Positions 25,056 to 36,950 of a stretch of DNA of 64,000 nt are shown piece after piece; position 1 is the stretch's first letter; every line of letters begins with the position of its first letter. The translations under genes were made by a program, and so were the position numbers. The stretch lies in NCBI GenBank assembly GCA_001600695.1, contig BCKQ01000005.1, positions 733,620-797,619 on the forward strand. The letters are read 5' to 3'. Source of the stretch: Ascoidea asiatica JCM 7603 (Eukaryota > Fungi > Ascomycota). The notes beneath the pieces are model-generated. The model ran no database searches, was not told the origin of the DNA, and saw nothing but the letters and a program-made list of their open reading frames with translations.

Positions 25056-25967
25056 ATGGAAGTTGTTACCTGCGTTATCGCTGCTGTTTTTGGGTCTATT
25101 GCTTTATTTAAAGGTGTAAATGAATCAATAAAATTTGCTAAAGTAAAAAGGATTGAATTCAAAGGTAATTTCAAAAAAGATATACTAGAAACAAAGCAAT
25201 ATAGTCAGAAAGGTATTAAAACATACTTTTTTAAAAAGGAGAAAGAATATAATGAAGGAAGTTGTTATTACTATAGAAATGTTATAAATATATGGGATGT
25301 ATCAAATAATCAAATTCCTAAAGTTAAATATAAGATTGTACCAAATGGAGGTATTAAAAAAAAAAACTGGATCTTAGTTAGAAACAACGATAACAATATA
25401 CATAACTCAAAAGAAATATGTGAAATATATTTAGGATGCGAGGTCATCATGAAGCTTCCTAAAATACTTTATAAAAGAGTAGATAATGTAGAAGTTCAAA
25501 CTTTTGATAATAATCATCAGTCCGAACTAAATAGTAAACTTTTTTTTGATTGTAAAGAAATAGGATACGAAAGAAGAATTCAATGTGATATCAATCTAAA
25601 ATATCAAATAACAAAAAGGATGGTTGATTTTTCCATAAATAATGAGGAAAATAAATCGAAAAAAGAAGGAACTATCAAATATTATTGGATAAATCACAAT
25701 AAAATAGGATACCTTCAAAGAATTAAAACTGCTGACAATACTTATGAAGAGGTGTATGAAAGAATAGCTGTTGTTGAAAGTCATGATGAATCTAAAATTG
25801 ATTATAAAATTAGATTATTTGATAATGCTTGTGATGAATCTGTAATCTTAGCCAGTTGTTTTATTCAAATTATGAATGCATGGGATAAAAGAAAAATGTT
25901 ATCAGCAGCTATTCAGAAAAAAAAGAATACTTTTTTAAGAAAATTAGTAAAGAATTTCAGATCATGA
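25056..25967 (+). CDS. Uncharacterised protein with N-terminal hydrophobic anchor
   Basis: 303-aa ATG-initiated ORF; N-terminal TM-like helix, beta-rich body and a C-terminal hydrophobic helix. Confidence 0.7.
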   Translation: MEVVTCVIAAVFGSIALFKGVNESIKFAKVKRIEFKGNFKKDILETKQYSQKGIKTYFFKKEKEYNEGSCYYYRNVINIWDVSNNQIPKVKYKIVPNGGIKKKNWILVRNNDNNIHNSKEICEIYLGCEVIMKLPKILYKRVDNVEVQTFDNNHQSELNSKLFFDCKEIGYERRIQCDINLKYQITKRMVDFSINNEENKSKKEGTIKYYWINHNKIGYLQRIKTADNTYEEVYERIAVVESHDESKIDYKIRLFDNACDESVILASCFIQIMNAWDKRKMLSAAIQKKKNTFLRKLVKNFRS

Positions 25968-26158
25968 AAAAAAATTGAGCTTTAACGAATATTTTTCCTT
26001 TAAGATACAAAATTTCAAACTATTTTTGAATTCGGTCTTCAAATTGCCATTCCTATTTTTGAAAATCTAGAATTTGGTTATTCAGTATTAAAACAATAGA
26101 GACAAATTATTGAGTCCTAAATATTTACTACCAATAAACAAGAAAGTCAGGCCAATAT

Positions 26159-26374
26159 AAGGGCTTTAAAAAATGTATGTATAATATATATAGGTCACAC
26201 TATATTAGATAGGGCTATTATATTAATGTTTGCATTTAGTGCTCAGTACAACTGTAGTAAGCTCATAACCCATTTTTATAAATTGTAATCTCAATTAATC
26301 GTGAGACATGTGATGTATATTACCTTCTGGAAAAACCAAAATTTGAAAAACGAAGGGCTTATCCATGTGACCTG
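26159..26374 (+). promoter_or_regulatory. RPS13 promoter: AGGGCT motifs (26160, 26211, 26354) and TGTGACC (26366)
   Basis: Same motif types as upstream of RPS24. Confidence 0.5.
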
Positions 26375-26560
26375 TTTTACCTGGTAAAGCCCAACCTCCA
26401 TTATAATGCCTTGTCTGTTCGTATGCCTTGATTACAGAGCGAGAATCGAGCATTGCAATATTTGTAAAATCAATATATCAAATTTCAATATTAAACAACA
26501 AGCTAATTAAGATTAATTTGGAAAAGAATTAGAAAATAATAATAAAATAAATATATCAAA

Positions 26561-27595
26561 ATGGGTCGTATGCACAGTTCCGTATGTGATTAAGAAAGAT
26601 TTTTCATTAGATTGTTAATATAGGTAGAAAAAGAACAAACTAAAGAAGATTCGTAATAATATTCAGTGAAATGAAAAATCAGGGAAATATTTAACAAACT
26701 GTCAATAATATAAGAATTGAGAATATTGAAAAGTGAAAAGTTTGCACTAATAGAGATATGGCAGAAGAAATAAAAGAAAAAAGGAGAATCAACTCAAAAA
26801 TTTGAATTGTAGATTTTCAAAGATTGAAAGTAAAAATTATTTTTCAATAATTTGACTTTGAGTCTATTAAATTCGCTTTTTTCATATATTTTTTATGATT
26901 TATTTCAAAAGAAATTTTGGGATGGCAGTTTGAAAATTGGTTTGATAAATTTAAAATTTTTACGTCTGTTCTAAAAACCTCAAAATCTTAAGATTTATTT
27001 TCTCAATGATATCAGTAATAAACGGAAATAGATCAATCTGGTCTTATTTTCAAGGTCTATTATTTATTTATTTTCTACCTATAAAAATATTTGATCTATC
27101 TATGATATCCTAATTTTATGAATTTTCAAAAATACTAACTAACTTTTTCAATTTTTATAGGGTAAAGGTATTTCATCCTCAGCCATTCCTTACTCAAGAA
27201 ATGCACCATCATGGTTCAAATTATCTTCTGATTCAGTTGTTGAACAAATTATCAAATACGCCAGAAAAGGTTTAACTCCTTCCCAAATTGGTGTTATTTT
27301 AAGAGATGCTCATGGTGTTTCTCAAACCAAAGTTATCACTGGTAACAAAGTTTTAAGAATTTTGAAATCAAATGGTTTAGCTCCAGAAATTCCAGAAGAT
27401 TTATATTATTTAATCAAAAAAGCCGTTTCTGTTAGAAAACATTTAGACAGGAATAGAAAAGATAAAGATTCAAAATTCAGATTAATTTTAATTGAATCAA
27501 GAATTCACAGATTAGCTCGTTATTACAGAACTGTCTCTGTTTTACCACCAAATTGGAAATATGAATCAGCTACTGCTTCTGCTTTAGTTAATTAA
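26561..27595 (+). CDS. RPS13: 40S ribosomal protein S13 (uS15); exons 26561-26581, 27161-27595
   Basis: MGRMHSS|[13 protein letters not shown]...; 579-nt intron with GTATGT, TACTAAC and TAG. Confidence 0.97.
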
Positions 27596-28072
27596 ATGAA
27601 GTTTATTTTCTTGATTTTTATATAATTATAATGTAATAAATTCTTATTGTCTCCATAAAAAGCTTCTATAAAAAATTTTGAAGACAAAAAACTAATCTTT
27701 TTCTTGTCTTAAACTTGTTAACTCTTTCTGATACGAACAAAAATTAGTAAAATTTTTTGTTATGTATCAATGTTTTAAAATTTTTTAGATATGATTTAAA
27801 TGTTTTCAAAAAAAAATCTAATTTATTCACAAACTTTTATTTTCCATTTCAAGTTAATGTAGACAAAATCTCAATTTCTCAGTGTACTGCGGAATCATCT
27901 TTTAGCAAAATTGAGAAGTATTTAATTGAATACTAAATAGAAAACTAAACTAGCAACCCATACCTTGTTATGCTACATCAAATAGTCAATCTATAAAAAA
28001 TAAAAAGGTTCAAATATTTCAAACATTGAGTTTATATTGAAATAATTTTTTCATCTAACTTTCCTAAAGAAT

Positions 28073-28954
28073 ATGAGTATTGAGATTTCTTCAAAGTATT
28101 TAATAGAAATTATAGAGAAATGGAATTTTACAAATAGTCCTTTAATCACTGGGGTAATGGGCCCTCAAGGTTCAGGAAAAACATATGTCACTTCTAATAT
28201 TTGCAAACAATTATCAAAAAAATATGAAAATTTAAATATAGTTAGTATTTCAAGTGATGATTTTTATTTAACTCATGAAGAACAAAATAATTTGGAAAAT
28301 TTACTTTTGAACAACAAGCTTATCACTTCTGGAAGAGGATTACCAGGCACTCATGATCTTAAACTTTTAAATACTATATTCAATAATGTGTTAGAAAAAA
28401 AAATTGATTATGAAATTCCTACTTATGACAAATCAAAATTTAATGGGAAAGGCGACAGAACAGACAAGAAATATTGGTTAAAAATTCAGAAGAAGCCAAT
28501 TGATATTCTTTTATTTGATGGTTGGTTTAATGGTTTCATGCCTATTGAACCTCAAAAAGATTTGAAAAAATTGTTTGAATCTTTTGATAAATCTACAATG
28601 ATGAAACTGCTTTCTTTTGAAGATGAGATAATACCAATAAATAATTACTTGAAAAAATATGTTCCAATATGGAATACTTTTAATCATTTTATTTTTTTTG
28701 ATTCTTCAATACAAAATATATATAATTGGAGGATAGAGCAAGAGCATAATTTAATAAAGGAGAAAGGTATTGGAATGACAGATAATGAAGTCATTAAATT
28801 TGTTGAAAGATATATTCCTGTTTATTTGTTGTATTATGAAGACTTGAAAAAAAATGGGTTTTTCAGTTATGGAACTACAATTTCAAATCTACAGATTGAA
28901 ATTGATCAGTCAAGAAAAGTGATTGGTCATAAAATACTTCCAAGGGCTATTTGA
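28073..28954 (+). CDS. TDA10: P-loop kinase (glycerate kinase-like, YGR205W family)
   Basis: GPQGSGKT, SSDDFYLT, RGLPGTHD, YDKSKFNGKGDR and WRIEQE motifs. Confidence 0.88.
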   Translation: MSIEISSKYLIEIIEKWNFTNSPLITGVMGPQGSGKTYVTSNICKQLSKKYENLNIVSISSDDFYLTHEEQNNLENLLLNNKLITSGRGLPGTHDLKLLNTIFNNVLEKKIDYEIPTYDKSKFNGKGDRTDKKYWLKIQKKPIDILLFDGWFNGFMPIEPQKDLKKLFESFDKSTMMKLLSFEDEIIPINNYLKKYVPIWNTFNHFIFFDSSIQNIYNWRIEQEHNLIKEKGIGMTDNEVIKFVERYIPVYLLYYEDLKKNGFFSYGTTISNLQIEIDQSRKVIGHKILPRAI

Positions 28955-29026
28955 AAGTTTATAATTTATAGATTTACGGATTTATCAAAAAGTCAAAAAT
29001 TAATGAACATAATATTTATTAAAAAA

Positions 29027-30772
29027 TCATTTAGTTAAGTGTAACAATTCTCTCTCGCACCAATTTATACATATCTTTAATTGCTTTTCAGTTATTCCAA
29101 AGTTTATGATTAAATTATTGATTAAAACACTTTCAATTTTATCTAAATCAATTAAAGATAAATCACTTGAGTTACTAGAATTAACCAAAGAGTTTACAAG
29201 AAATGCATATGCAGCACCTACATTTTTTATTGAGTTTACATTTTCATCGGTATCTTTGATTTCCGAATCATTGATTTTTTCCAAATCGTCATTAGAATTT
29301 TCATTATTATCATCTAAATCATAATAATTGAAAATATCAAATAATCTTTTTTCAGAAATAGGAATTTGGTCTTGGTTAGCTGAATCTTTATTTTTTATGA
29401 AAGATGAATGAAACCAATCGAGATATTTGGTTATTTTATAATCATCCCAATCTATTATATCATTAATACTAAAATTTGATGACAATAATGAGCCTAATAA
29501 TGTTTCAAAATATTGTTCCTCATTTATATCCTTTTCAACATTTAACCTTTCAATAGTTCGAATCCAATGATCCCACCTGTAAAAATATCTGTTATTATTT
29601 ATGGAAGACATTTGATCATGATGTTCTTTTAAGATCGATGAAGATTTGTTACTTTTATTGGTTTCATCAGTTTTTAATTTTAAGATTGAAAAGTATAATT
29701 TTGTAATGACTATTATAATAGAAATTAATTTAATTTCAGGAAACTTTATAAGGAATACATCAATGGAATTTCTTTTATTTTTACTACTGTTAATGTTATT
29801 ATCATTTGAATTATTTATAGATAAATCAAAACTAATATTTCTTAATTGTATAAATCTTTGAACAGAAATAAAAATCTCCGGTGGTAAAACTAATTCTTTT
29901 ATGACTTTAAATAATAAAGGTTCATAATTAATCTTGAATTTATCTTTGATCTTAGTAAAATGAATAAAATTTTCTCCCATTTTATCAATCACTTTTCTTA
30001 CATGAAAGTAAAAATCTCCTTTTAATGGTGGACGCATAGGTTCAAATATAGGAGAATAATGATTTGCTAACCTTTGCTTATATTTTGATGGAATCAAAAA
30101 TGATACCTTCATATAAGGTATTTTATTAGTAGAACACCATCGAATGAAATCTATAGAATATATTGGATATTGCAAATACAAACAAGCCAAATAACATAAT
30201 ACTATAGAATGAATTAATGGAATTCTATAATTGAAAACTTTTTTTCCATTTACATTTTTACTTTTCATATATTCTCCATCAGTATTTATAGTTACATCAG
30301 TCTCATAGCTTTTTTCTGTATCATTTTCTTGAGTATCAGAACCAGCATAATTATTACCTTCTTCTCCACTTTTGAAATCATAATTAGAAACCAAATAAAT
30401 GGTCCAAAGTTCTTTTACAGTGTCTTCAAAAATAACTGGAAGACCTTTTTCTTTAATTAACCAATGTACCTGGGCCTTTAAAACACATTGATAGCATTTT
30501 AAGAATAATTGCCTTCCTTGAGATCCATACAATTTGCTATCCTGAGAAGCATGAAATGAACTCTGTTGAGAAAAGGATTTGGTGGTTGAATTAGGAAGTC
30601 TTAATCTTCTGGTCGGAGCAAAATTTGCTTGATCGTCATCATCATTAACTTCAACATCACCATCCATAACATGGCCAAACTGGCAAACTCTTCTTCCATC
30701 AAAAGCCCTCCATAATCTTGAACCACAATTGTCTGTTCCACAAATTGGTCCTCTGGTCCAGACTCTGCTCAT
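29027..30772 (-). CDS. RRN7: RNA polymerase I core factor subunit Rrn7/TAF1B
   Basis: N-terminal zinc ribbon RGPICGTDNC...CQFGH, followed by a cyclin-like region. The real ATG is at 30772. Confidence 0.85.
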   Translation of the reverse strand: MSRVWTRGPICGTDNCGSRLWRAFDGRRVCQFGHVMDGDVEVNDDDDQANFAPTRRLRLPNSTTKSFSQQSSFHASQDSKLYGSQGRQLFLKCYQCVLKAQVHWLIKEKGLPVIFEDTVKELWTIYLVSNYDFKSGEEGNNYAGSDTQENDTEKSYETDVTINTDGEYMKSKNVNGKKVFNYRIPLIHSIVLCYLACLYLQYPIYSIDFIRWCSTNKIPYMKVSFLIPSKYKQRLANHYSPIFEPMRPPLKGDFYFHVRKVIDKMGENFIHFTKIKDKFKINYEPLLFKVIKELVLPPEIFISVQRFIQLRNISFDLSINNSNDNNINSSKNKRNSIDVFLIKFPEIKLISIIIVITKLYFSILKLKTDETNKSNKSSSILKEHHDQMSSINNNRYFYRWDHWIRTIERLNVEKDINEEQYFETLLGSLLSSNFSINDIIDWDDYKITKYLDWFHSSFIKNKDSANQDQIPISEKRLFDIFNYYDLDDNNENSNDDLEKINDSEIKDTDENVNSIKNVGAAYAFLVNSLVNSSNSSDLSLIDLDKIESVLINNLIINFGITEKQLKICINWCERELLHLTK

Positions 30773-30942
30773 TACGAAGATCAAGCCATTTAATTTTATC
30801 ACTTTTCAAAACAACAAACTCAGATTACAAAAACAAGCTCTTAAGTAAAAAATGTTTCTGAAAACTCTCAAGAATTGTCGTCATTTCGAGACACAAAGAA
30901 GGAAAAGAGGATTATTTATTTAAAAATAAATGAGTTATAGAA

Positions 30943-30952
30943 GTCACGTGAC
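30943..30952. promoter_or_regulatory. Cbf1-type palindrome GTCACGTGAC in the RRN7/SWS2 divergent promoter
   Basis: Perfect 10-bp E-box palindrome. Confidence 0.6.
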
Positions 30953-31148
30953 ACGTTTAACGCTGAAACCCATTATCTTAACATTTACATTACTCGGAAA
31001 TATTGAAAAATCAAACCCCAAGAGTAATTAAAATGATGAAAATGATAAATATTTGACGATTAGTTTATAAACTTTTGGCCTTTTCATTGAAGAAAATCAT
31101 TTGATATTACAAGTCCACTAATTTTGAAACTCAATAGAAAAAATTGAA

Positions 31149-31678
31149 ATGGTCGTGCATATTTTAGGTAAAGCTATATCTGGGGAACTTCCTGTAAATG
31201 TAAGTTTCATTTTTGTTCAATATTGAAAAATTTTGAGTGATTATATTTATTTATCTAAATACTAATTCGAATTTAAATTTCAATACAGTTTGCATTAAGT
31301 AAGAAAATATATGGATTATGCAAATACGACGTGGAAAGAATATGTTCAAAACTTGGGCTTTACCCAAAAATGAGAATGCATCAGTTAACTGAGCAGCATG
31401 TTATGTTAATTACAAAAGAATTATCTGATTTAGAAATTGAAGGTGCCAAATTGGCAGCCATTAGAGCAAATATATCATTCAAAAAGAAGATAAACTCATA
31501 TGCTGGTGTAAGACACGCACTTAGATTACCTGTTCGTGGACAAGGAACTAGAAATAATGCCAAAACTGCCAAGAAATTAAACAGAATTAATAGAAGATGT
31601 ATGTCGACAATGTCTACTATATCTACTAATTTTCAACAGTCCCCATCAATATTTAATATTATTTTTGGATTTGATTGA
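31149..31678 (+). CDS. SWS2: Mitochondrial ribosomal protein uS13m; exons 31149-31199, 31289-31678
   Basis: MVVHILGK...; [22 protein letters not shown]; intron with GTAAGT, TACTAAT and CAG. Confidence 0.92.
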
Positions 31679-31805
31679 ATTAAAAGGGTTTTGTTATAAG
31701 CATTAAACCTTATGTATAAATATCCTTTTTACTGCTGTATATATTGAATTAAATCTTGCCAGTATATTAGATAAACTTATATATAATAAAAATAATATCT
31801 ATTTA

Positions 31806-33956
31806 CTATTTAAAATTTCTTTTCTTTTTTTTGGTAGCTTTAGAGTCCTCAAACCATGTACGTTTAGGTCTTGATTTTATCTCCTTTTTGTATTTAAGTA
31901 AATTTTCTCCTCTTTGAAGATCTCTTTCTGCTTGAAGAATTTCCTTTTCTTCTTTTTCTTCTACTAGAATTTCACTGATAGTTTCTTCTTTATCCACAAT
32001 AACTTTATTTATCTTTTGAACCTTAGTCCAATCAACATTTCTAGTTAGTGCTTGATTTCCAGCGTCATCTGCTACATTCTTACTTTCCTGTTTCTTTTTC
32101 TTTGCTTTTTTAGTTGCAATTGATCTATCTTCAATTCCCTTAATAGCTTCTTTTACAACTGAACGATCATTTGAGCTTTCCCCTACAAAAGAAATAGATC
32201 TTCCCTCACGACCTGCTCTTGCAGTTCTACCAACTCTATGAATATATATTTCATAACTTTTTGGCATATCATAATTTATAACATATTCAATTTTTGGAAT
32301 ATCAATACCTCTTGCTGCAACATCAGTACATATTAATGTTGGAATTACTAATTTTTTGAAATCAGTAACATTTTTTATACGTTGTTCTTGACTTAACGAA
32401 CCATGTAATTCAGAAACTTTCATACCAAGTAATCCAAGAATTATTCTTAATTTATGTGCAGTTTCTTTTCTAGCAACAAAAACTGCAATTCTATTTAATT
32501 GTTTAGGATCAATGTCTTTAAGAACATTGAAAAGAATAGCGGGCTTTAAAATTTCTCTATTTCTAATTCGAACAAATTCTTGAACTAATTTTGAAGAAGC
32601 TTGCTTTGGAGGATTAATCATAATTCTAACAGGTTTCCTTAATGATAACTGAATCAAATCCTTAATTTTTGAATTCATCGTAGCAGAAAATAAAAGTGTT
32701 TGTCTTTTAGATGGTAATAAAGATAAAATTTCTGTAAGTTCATTTTGAAATCCTTCTTCTAACATTCTATCTGCTTCATCAACAATTAAAATTTCCACAT
32801 TATCAACATTGAAAGATGAGGAATTTCTTATATGATCAATTATTCTACCAGGTGTTGCTATAACTATATCTGGTCTTTTTCGAAGTTCTTGTTCTTGTTG
32901 TCTAAGGTTTAAACCACCAACTGCTAATCCAAATGTTAATGAACTAGTAAAACGAGTAAGTTTATTACCAACATCAGCAACTTGAATTGCTAATTCTCTA
33001 GTAGGAGCTAAAACTACAACTCGAGTCATTGGAATTCTTGAATTTTTAAATAATAATCTTTCGATAACAGGAATAAGATATGCAGCAGTTTTACCTGAAC
33101 CGGTTACAGCACCTGCAACAATATCTTTACCCATTAATGCTATAGGTATTGCAGCAGATTGAATAGGAGTAGGAGAACCATATCCTAATGCAGATATTCC
33201 CTTCAACAAAGGACGTGATAAAGACAATGAATTGAAGTCCTTATGAGCTTGGTTTTGAGTTATTGAAGTTTCCTCCTCTGCTGCAAAAAATTTGGCAACT
33301 TCTTCTGGAGAATCTTCATCAACCTTTATGGTTGAAACTTTTCCTAAACTTTCAAATCCTTTTGTAACATTTTTGTCCTGTTCTTTTGAATCAGTCTTGT
33401 CTTCATCTTCTATATCACTTTCTTTTTCTTCATCATCCTCAGACTCACCACTGTCTTCATTACTATCATTGCTTTCATCACGATCAGATTCTTCTTTAAT
33501 AAGTTCATCTTTTTTAACCGTAGCTTTTTTATTCTCAGTTTCGTCAACATCATCATTTATTAAATTGTTCATTAGCCCACCTTTTTGCCTTATAATTCTA
33601 TCTAAATCAACTTCTTTTTTCTGAATTCCATTTTTATTATTACTTAAAGTTGGATCAAAATCCCATCCTTCCAAATCTTTTGACAAATGATCATCAAAAT
33701 CTAGATTAAATAAGAAATCTGGATTTAAATCTTTTTTTGAATCTTTATCATCTTCCTCTTTGGGAATCTCCAATTTTATCTTATTTTGTTTCTCTATTTT
33801 TTCTATTTTTTCTTTTTTATCTTTTTTGCCTTCTTTGTCTTTTTTATCTTTTTTGTTACTTTTTGAGTTCACTTTACCACCTTTTACCTTTTTCACAGAA
33901 GGAGTAATTAACTGACGAAGTTCATCAGCATAGTCATCCAATTCACTATCCGACAT
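31806..33956 (-). CDS. DRS1: Nucleolar DEAD-box RNA helicase Drs1
   Basis: [21 protein letters not shown] and HRVGRTAR motifs; C-terminal SRPKRTWF typical of Drs1/DDX27. Confidence 0.93.
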   Translation of the reverse strand: MSDSELDDYADELRQLITPSVKKVKGGKVNSKSNKKDKKDKEGKKDKKEKIEKIEKQNKIKLEIPKEEDDKDSKKDLNPDFLFNLDFDDHLSKDLEGWDFDPTLSNNKNGIQKKEVDLDRIIRQKGGLMNNLINDDVDETENKKATVKKDELIKEESDRDESNDSNEDSGESEDDEEKESDIEDEDKTDSKEQDKNVTKGFESLGKVSTIKVDEDSPEEVAKFFAAEEETSITQNQAHKDFNSLSLSRPLLKGISALGYGSPTPIQSAAIPIALMGKDIVAGAVTGSGKTAAYLIPVIERLLFKNSRIPMTRVVVLAPTRELAIQVADVGNKLTRFTSSLTFGLAVGGLNLRQQEQELRKRPDIVIATPGRIIDHIRNSSSFNVDNVEILIVDEADRMLEEGFQNELTEILSLLPSKRQTLLFSATMNSKIKDLIQLSLRKPVRIMINPPKQASSKLVQEFVRIRNREILKPAILFNVLKDIDPKQLNRIAVFVARKETAHKLRIILGLLGMKVSELHGSLSQEQRIKNVTDFKKLVIPTLICTDVAARGIDIPKIEYVINYDMPKSYEIYIHRVGRTARAGREGRSISFVGESSNDRSVVKEAIKGIEDRSIATKKAKKKKQESKNVADDAGNQALTRNVDWTKVQKINKVIVDKEETISEILVEEKEEKEILQAERDLQRGENLLKYKKEIKSRPKRTWFEDSKATKKKKRNFK

Positions 33957-34342
33957 TTTTATTCAATTGTCAATATTCAATAAAAGAACTTATTCACTTT
34001 TATTTTTAATTAAAACACTTTAGCCTTTTCACCTTTACACTTTTTTTCAAAATAAATTTATCAACTTAAAAAAAATTTTATTTGATTGAATGAATTCAAA
34101 GAACCGGGTCCACAGAATTTAAGTTCAGGCATGGATGAAAAATAGAAAAATGAAGTGCTGCGGAACATTTGAGATTAAGATTGAATAAAGAAAGTAAACA
34201 AGATTTAACAATAATAGTAACTATTTTAAAGGTATTTTAAAGTTATTTCCAATTTATTTCAAAAGTATTTTAAATTAATAATTCATTATATTCTTTCATA
34301 TTATTTACATTAAAAGATTCAAATCCGTAAAAAGTTAAAAGA

Positions 34343-34645
34343 ATGAGTCAAGATGAAGAAGTAAATCAAATACCAATACCTACATTGGCTAGACTTTTTC
34401 AAACACTCAATTTTAATCCAGAAAATAATATAAAAATCTCAAAATCAACATTATTATTAACATCAGAATATCTTAAAATATTTACAACTGAAGCAATTTT
34501 ACGAGCAAATGAGAATCGTCAAAACCGAAAAGAATTAAATTCAATAAGTAGTAATATTATGAACAATTCTGAAAAGACTAATGAGGATACAATAGATATA
34601 CAAGATTTAGAAGCAATTGCTGGACTATTAGTTTTAGATTTTTAA
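34343..34645 (+). CDS. MHF2: Histone-fold protein Mhf2/CENP-X
   Basis: TLARL...EYLKIFTTEAILRA...DLEAIAGLLVLDF. Confidence 0.85.
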   Translation: MSQDEEVNQIPIPTLARLFQTLNFNPENNIKISKSTLLLTSEYLKIFTTEAILRANENRQNRKELNSISSNIMNNSEKTNEDTIDIQDLEAIAGLLVLDF

Positions 34646-34707
34646 AATTTTAAGATTAATTAATAAAAAGAATTGTTAAAGAGAAAAAAATAAGAAAATA
34701 TTTAATC

Positions 34708-36717
34708 TTATATAAAAAATTGAGAGTTTTCAATTTGAGTTTTAATCATAGGTTTGTATTTTTTTTCCATCCAATCCTTATTAAGATTATCTGAAGTAGT
34801 TATAAATAAATTTTCTGGATGATTATCATTCAATTGATTATATAATTCATCTAATAATTTAATTTCAAACTTACATAAAGATCTTAATCCATCCATATTC
34901 GATATATTATTAGATAAATCTAAAAGATTAATTAACTTAGCTTTTCTAGATTTACAAAAAATTGTTTTAATAAAAGAAATAAAAATTTTAAAATCATTTT
35001 CATCATTTTCAAAGTAATTAGAAATATCATGTAAATTATTTATATCCAGATAACTTTCATCATCAATATTTTCATTTTTAATATTAATATCAACAGCTAA
35101 TTGATCAATTAACATTATATCATCATTTTTTTCACAATTATCTAAAATTTTTGAAAATTCTTCCCAAGATATAAATGAATCTTTATTATTATTGATATTA
35201 TCATTATTAATTTTTTTTAAATGGTTATCATAATAAACCTTTTTCCAATTTTTATTATATTTGTATTTAATTAAATTATTAAAAAGATAGAAAATGTCAT
35301 TATCTAGAAAATTAGTTATATTGTTATTGTTATTGTTACTTTCTAAAATATTATTAGAGAAAATATTAATTTTGAATTTATTATTTGGTATGATTATAAA
35401 TTGTAAATTTGGTAAAATTGAAAGCCATTTACAAATTGAAGAAAATTCTTTCAATTCAAAAGGTAAATTTGAATTTAAATTTAAAGTTAAATTTGAATCA
35501 TCGATTGAATTTGAAATATTTGATAACGAAATTTCATACAAATTTTCAGTAATATTATCATTTGAATCTATTGGTAAAAACCCATAATTATTGAAAAAAT
35601 CGGATAAATCTTGAATTGGAGAATAAGATATAAAAATTTGAAAACAACTTGTTAAATTATTTACTAAAATATTTTTATTTAGTATTAATAAAATATCATT
35701 AGTTTTTCTATCAATATCAAAATATGAATTAAGCAAAAAATTATTATTTGAATGATTAACAAAATCTAAAATTGGTACTAAAGTTATATCAATTTTAAAA
35801 TCATCTGAAGAAGTTTTATTATTATTAGATGAAATTTCATTTGGAATTTCTAAACTTCTTGATTTCAAAGCAGAAATAATTTGATGAAATTGATTTAAAG
35901 ATAAAAAATTTTCAAAGGTTAAATTATTTTTAAAACTTTCTTCTAAGAAATTATTACTAAATATTGAAGTTTTTACTTCATTATAAAGATTATAACGATC
36001 ATTTAAAATATTATTAATATTATATTGGATTTTTTTATAATTATTAAAGGAATTATAAATTTTATTTAAAAAATCCACATTTTTATTTTTACTTTGATTT
36101 TTTTCTATGATATTATCAAGAGTATTAATTTTTGTATTCAAAAGTATTAATAAATAAGTATTATAAATAATAAAAGGTTGATTATTTAAATAATTTAAAA
36201 TCAAATTAGAGTTTGACTCTGAATTACTTTCTAGGTCTAAACTTTTAATAAAATTTATAATAAAATTTCTGTAATTTAATAAGAAAACTAAACCAATTAA
36301 AATTTTTTTTAAAATTTCAAATTCACTTAATTCATTTGAACTTAAAGATAACAAATTATTAATAATTTTACTCTCTTTAATTAATTTAATATTATTTGAA
36401 ATTAAAAACTTCTTATTAAAATTATTAAATAAATCCTGATTAAAATTCGAATTTTCATATAATTTTTGTTCATTTAAACTTTTCAAAAAAGAATTTAAGG
36501 ATATTGTGGAACTTTTTGAGATTTTCAATAATACAATGTTGCTATCAATATTATTATTATTGATATTATTTTTATAGTAATATAAACCTAACCCATTTTC
36601 TGGAGAATATTTAAGTTTAAGATTTTCATTAATATATACATTTTGGGATTTAATAAATTGAGTTAATTGGTTTGAATTAGAGAGTCCAGGTATTTTAGTA
36701 TCAGAATCTACAAACAT
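34708..36717 (-). CDS. CTM1: SET-domain lysine methyltransferase (cytochrome c methyltransferase-like)
   Basis: SRSLEIP...TLVPILDFVNHS...YFDID..TNDILL...FISYS matches the Ctm1 pattern. Confidence 0.7.
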   Translation of the reverse strand: MFVDSDTKIPGLSNSNQLTQFIKSQNVYINENLKLKYSPENGLGLYYYKNNINNNNIDSNIVLLKISKSSTISLNSFLKSLNEQKLYENSNFNQDLFNNFNKKFLISNNIKLIKESKIINNLLSLSSNELSEFEILKKILIGLVFLLNYRNFIINFIKSLDLESNSESNSNLILNYLNNQPFIIYNTYLLILLNTKINTLDNIIEKNQSKNKNVDFLNKIYNSFNNYKKIQYNINNILNDRYNLYNEVKTSIFSNNFLEESFKNNLTFENFLSLNQFHQIISALKSRSLEIPNEISSNNNKTSSDDFKIDITLVPILDFVNHSNNNFLLNSYFDIDRKTNDILLILNKNILVNNLTSCFQIFISYSPIQDLSDFFNNYGFLPIDSNDNITENLYEISLSNISNSIDDSNLTLNLNSNLPFELKEFSSICKWLSILPNLQFIIIPNNKFKINIFSNNILESNNNNNNITNFLDNDIFYLFNNLIKYKYNKNWKKVYYDNHLKKINNDNINNNKDSFISWEEFSKILDNCEKNDDIMLIDQLAVDINIKNENIDDESYLDINNLHDISNYFENDENDFKIFISFIKTIFCKSRKAKLINLLDLSNNISNMDGLRSLCKFEIKLLDELYNQLNDNHPENLFITTSDNLNKDWMEKKYKPMIKTQIENSQFFI

Positions 36718-36950
36718 TTCTGATTAATTTGATTGTATTATTTATTAATTCTATTATTTATTTATTAATTCGATTAATTATTGAATAATTTATTGAATAG
36801 TTTTTTATTAAGTAATTTATATTTTCAGCACTAATTTTGAGTAATATTTTAATTTCATTGGACGAATAAAAAGAAGACCCATTGAAGTGGATTCTTAAAA
36901 GAAGAAACCATAAACGCGGTACTTCTTAGTTTTAGTTTTAGTAAGGTTAA

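Noticed and set aside
30943-30952. GTCACGTGAC as a point-centromere CDEI
   Set aside because: No recognisable CDEII/CDEIII arrangement; it sits in a short divergent promoter, consistent with an ordinary Cbf1 site.
31595-31678. Apparent unusual C-terminal extension of Sws2
   Set aside because: S. cerevisiae Sws2 has a comparable C-terminal tail.
33292-33624. Antisense ORFs inside long genes (also 746-973, 3819-4001, 14994-15236 and others)
   Set aside because: Shadow ORFs of the real CDS on the opposite strand or in another frame.
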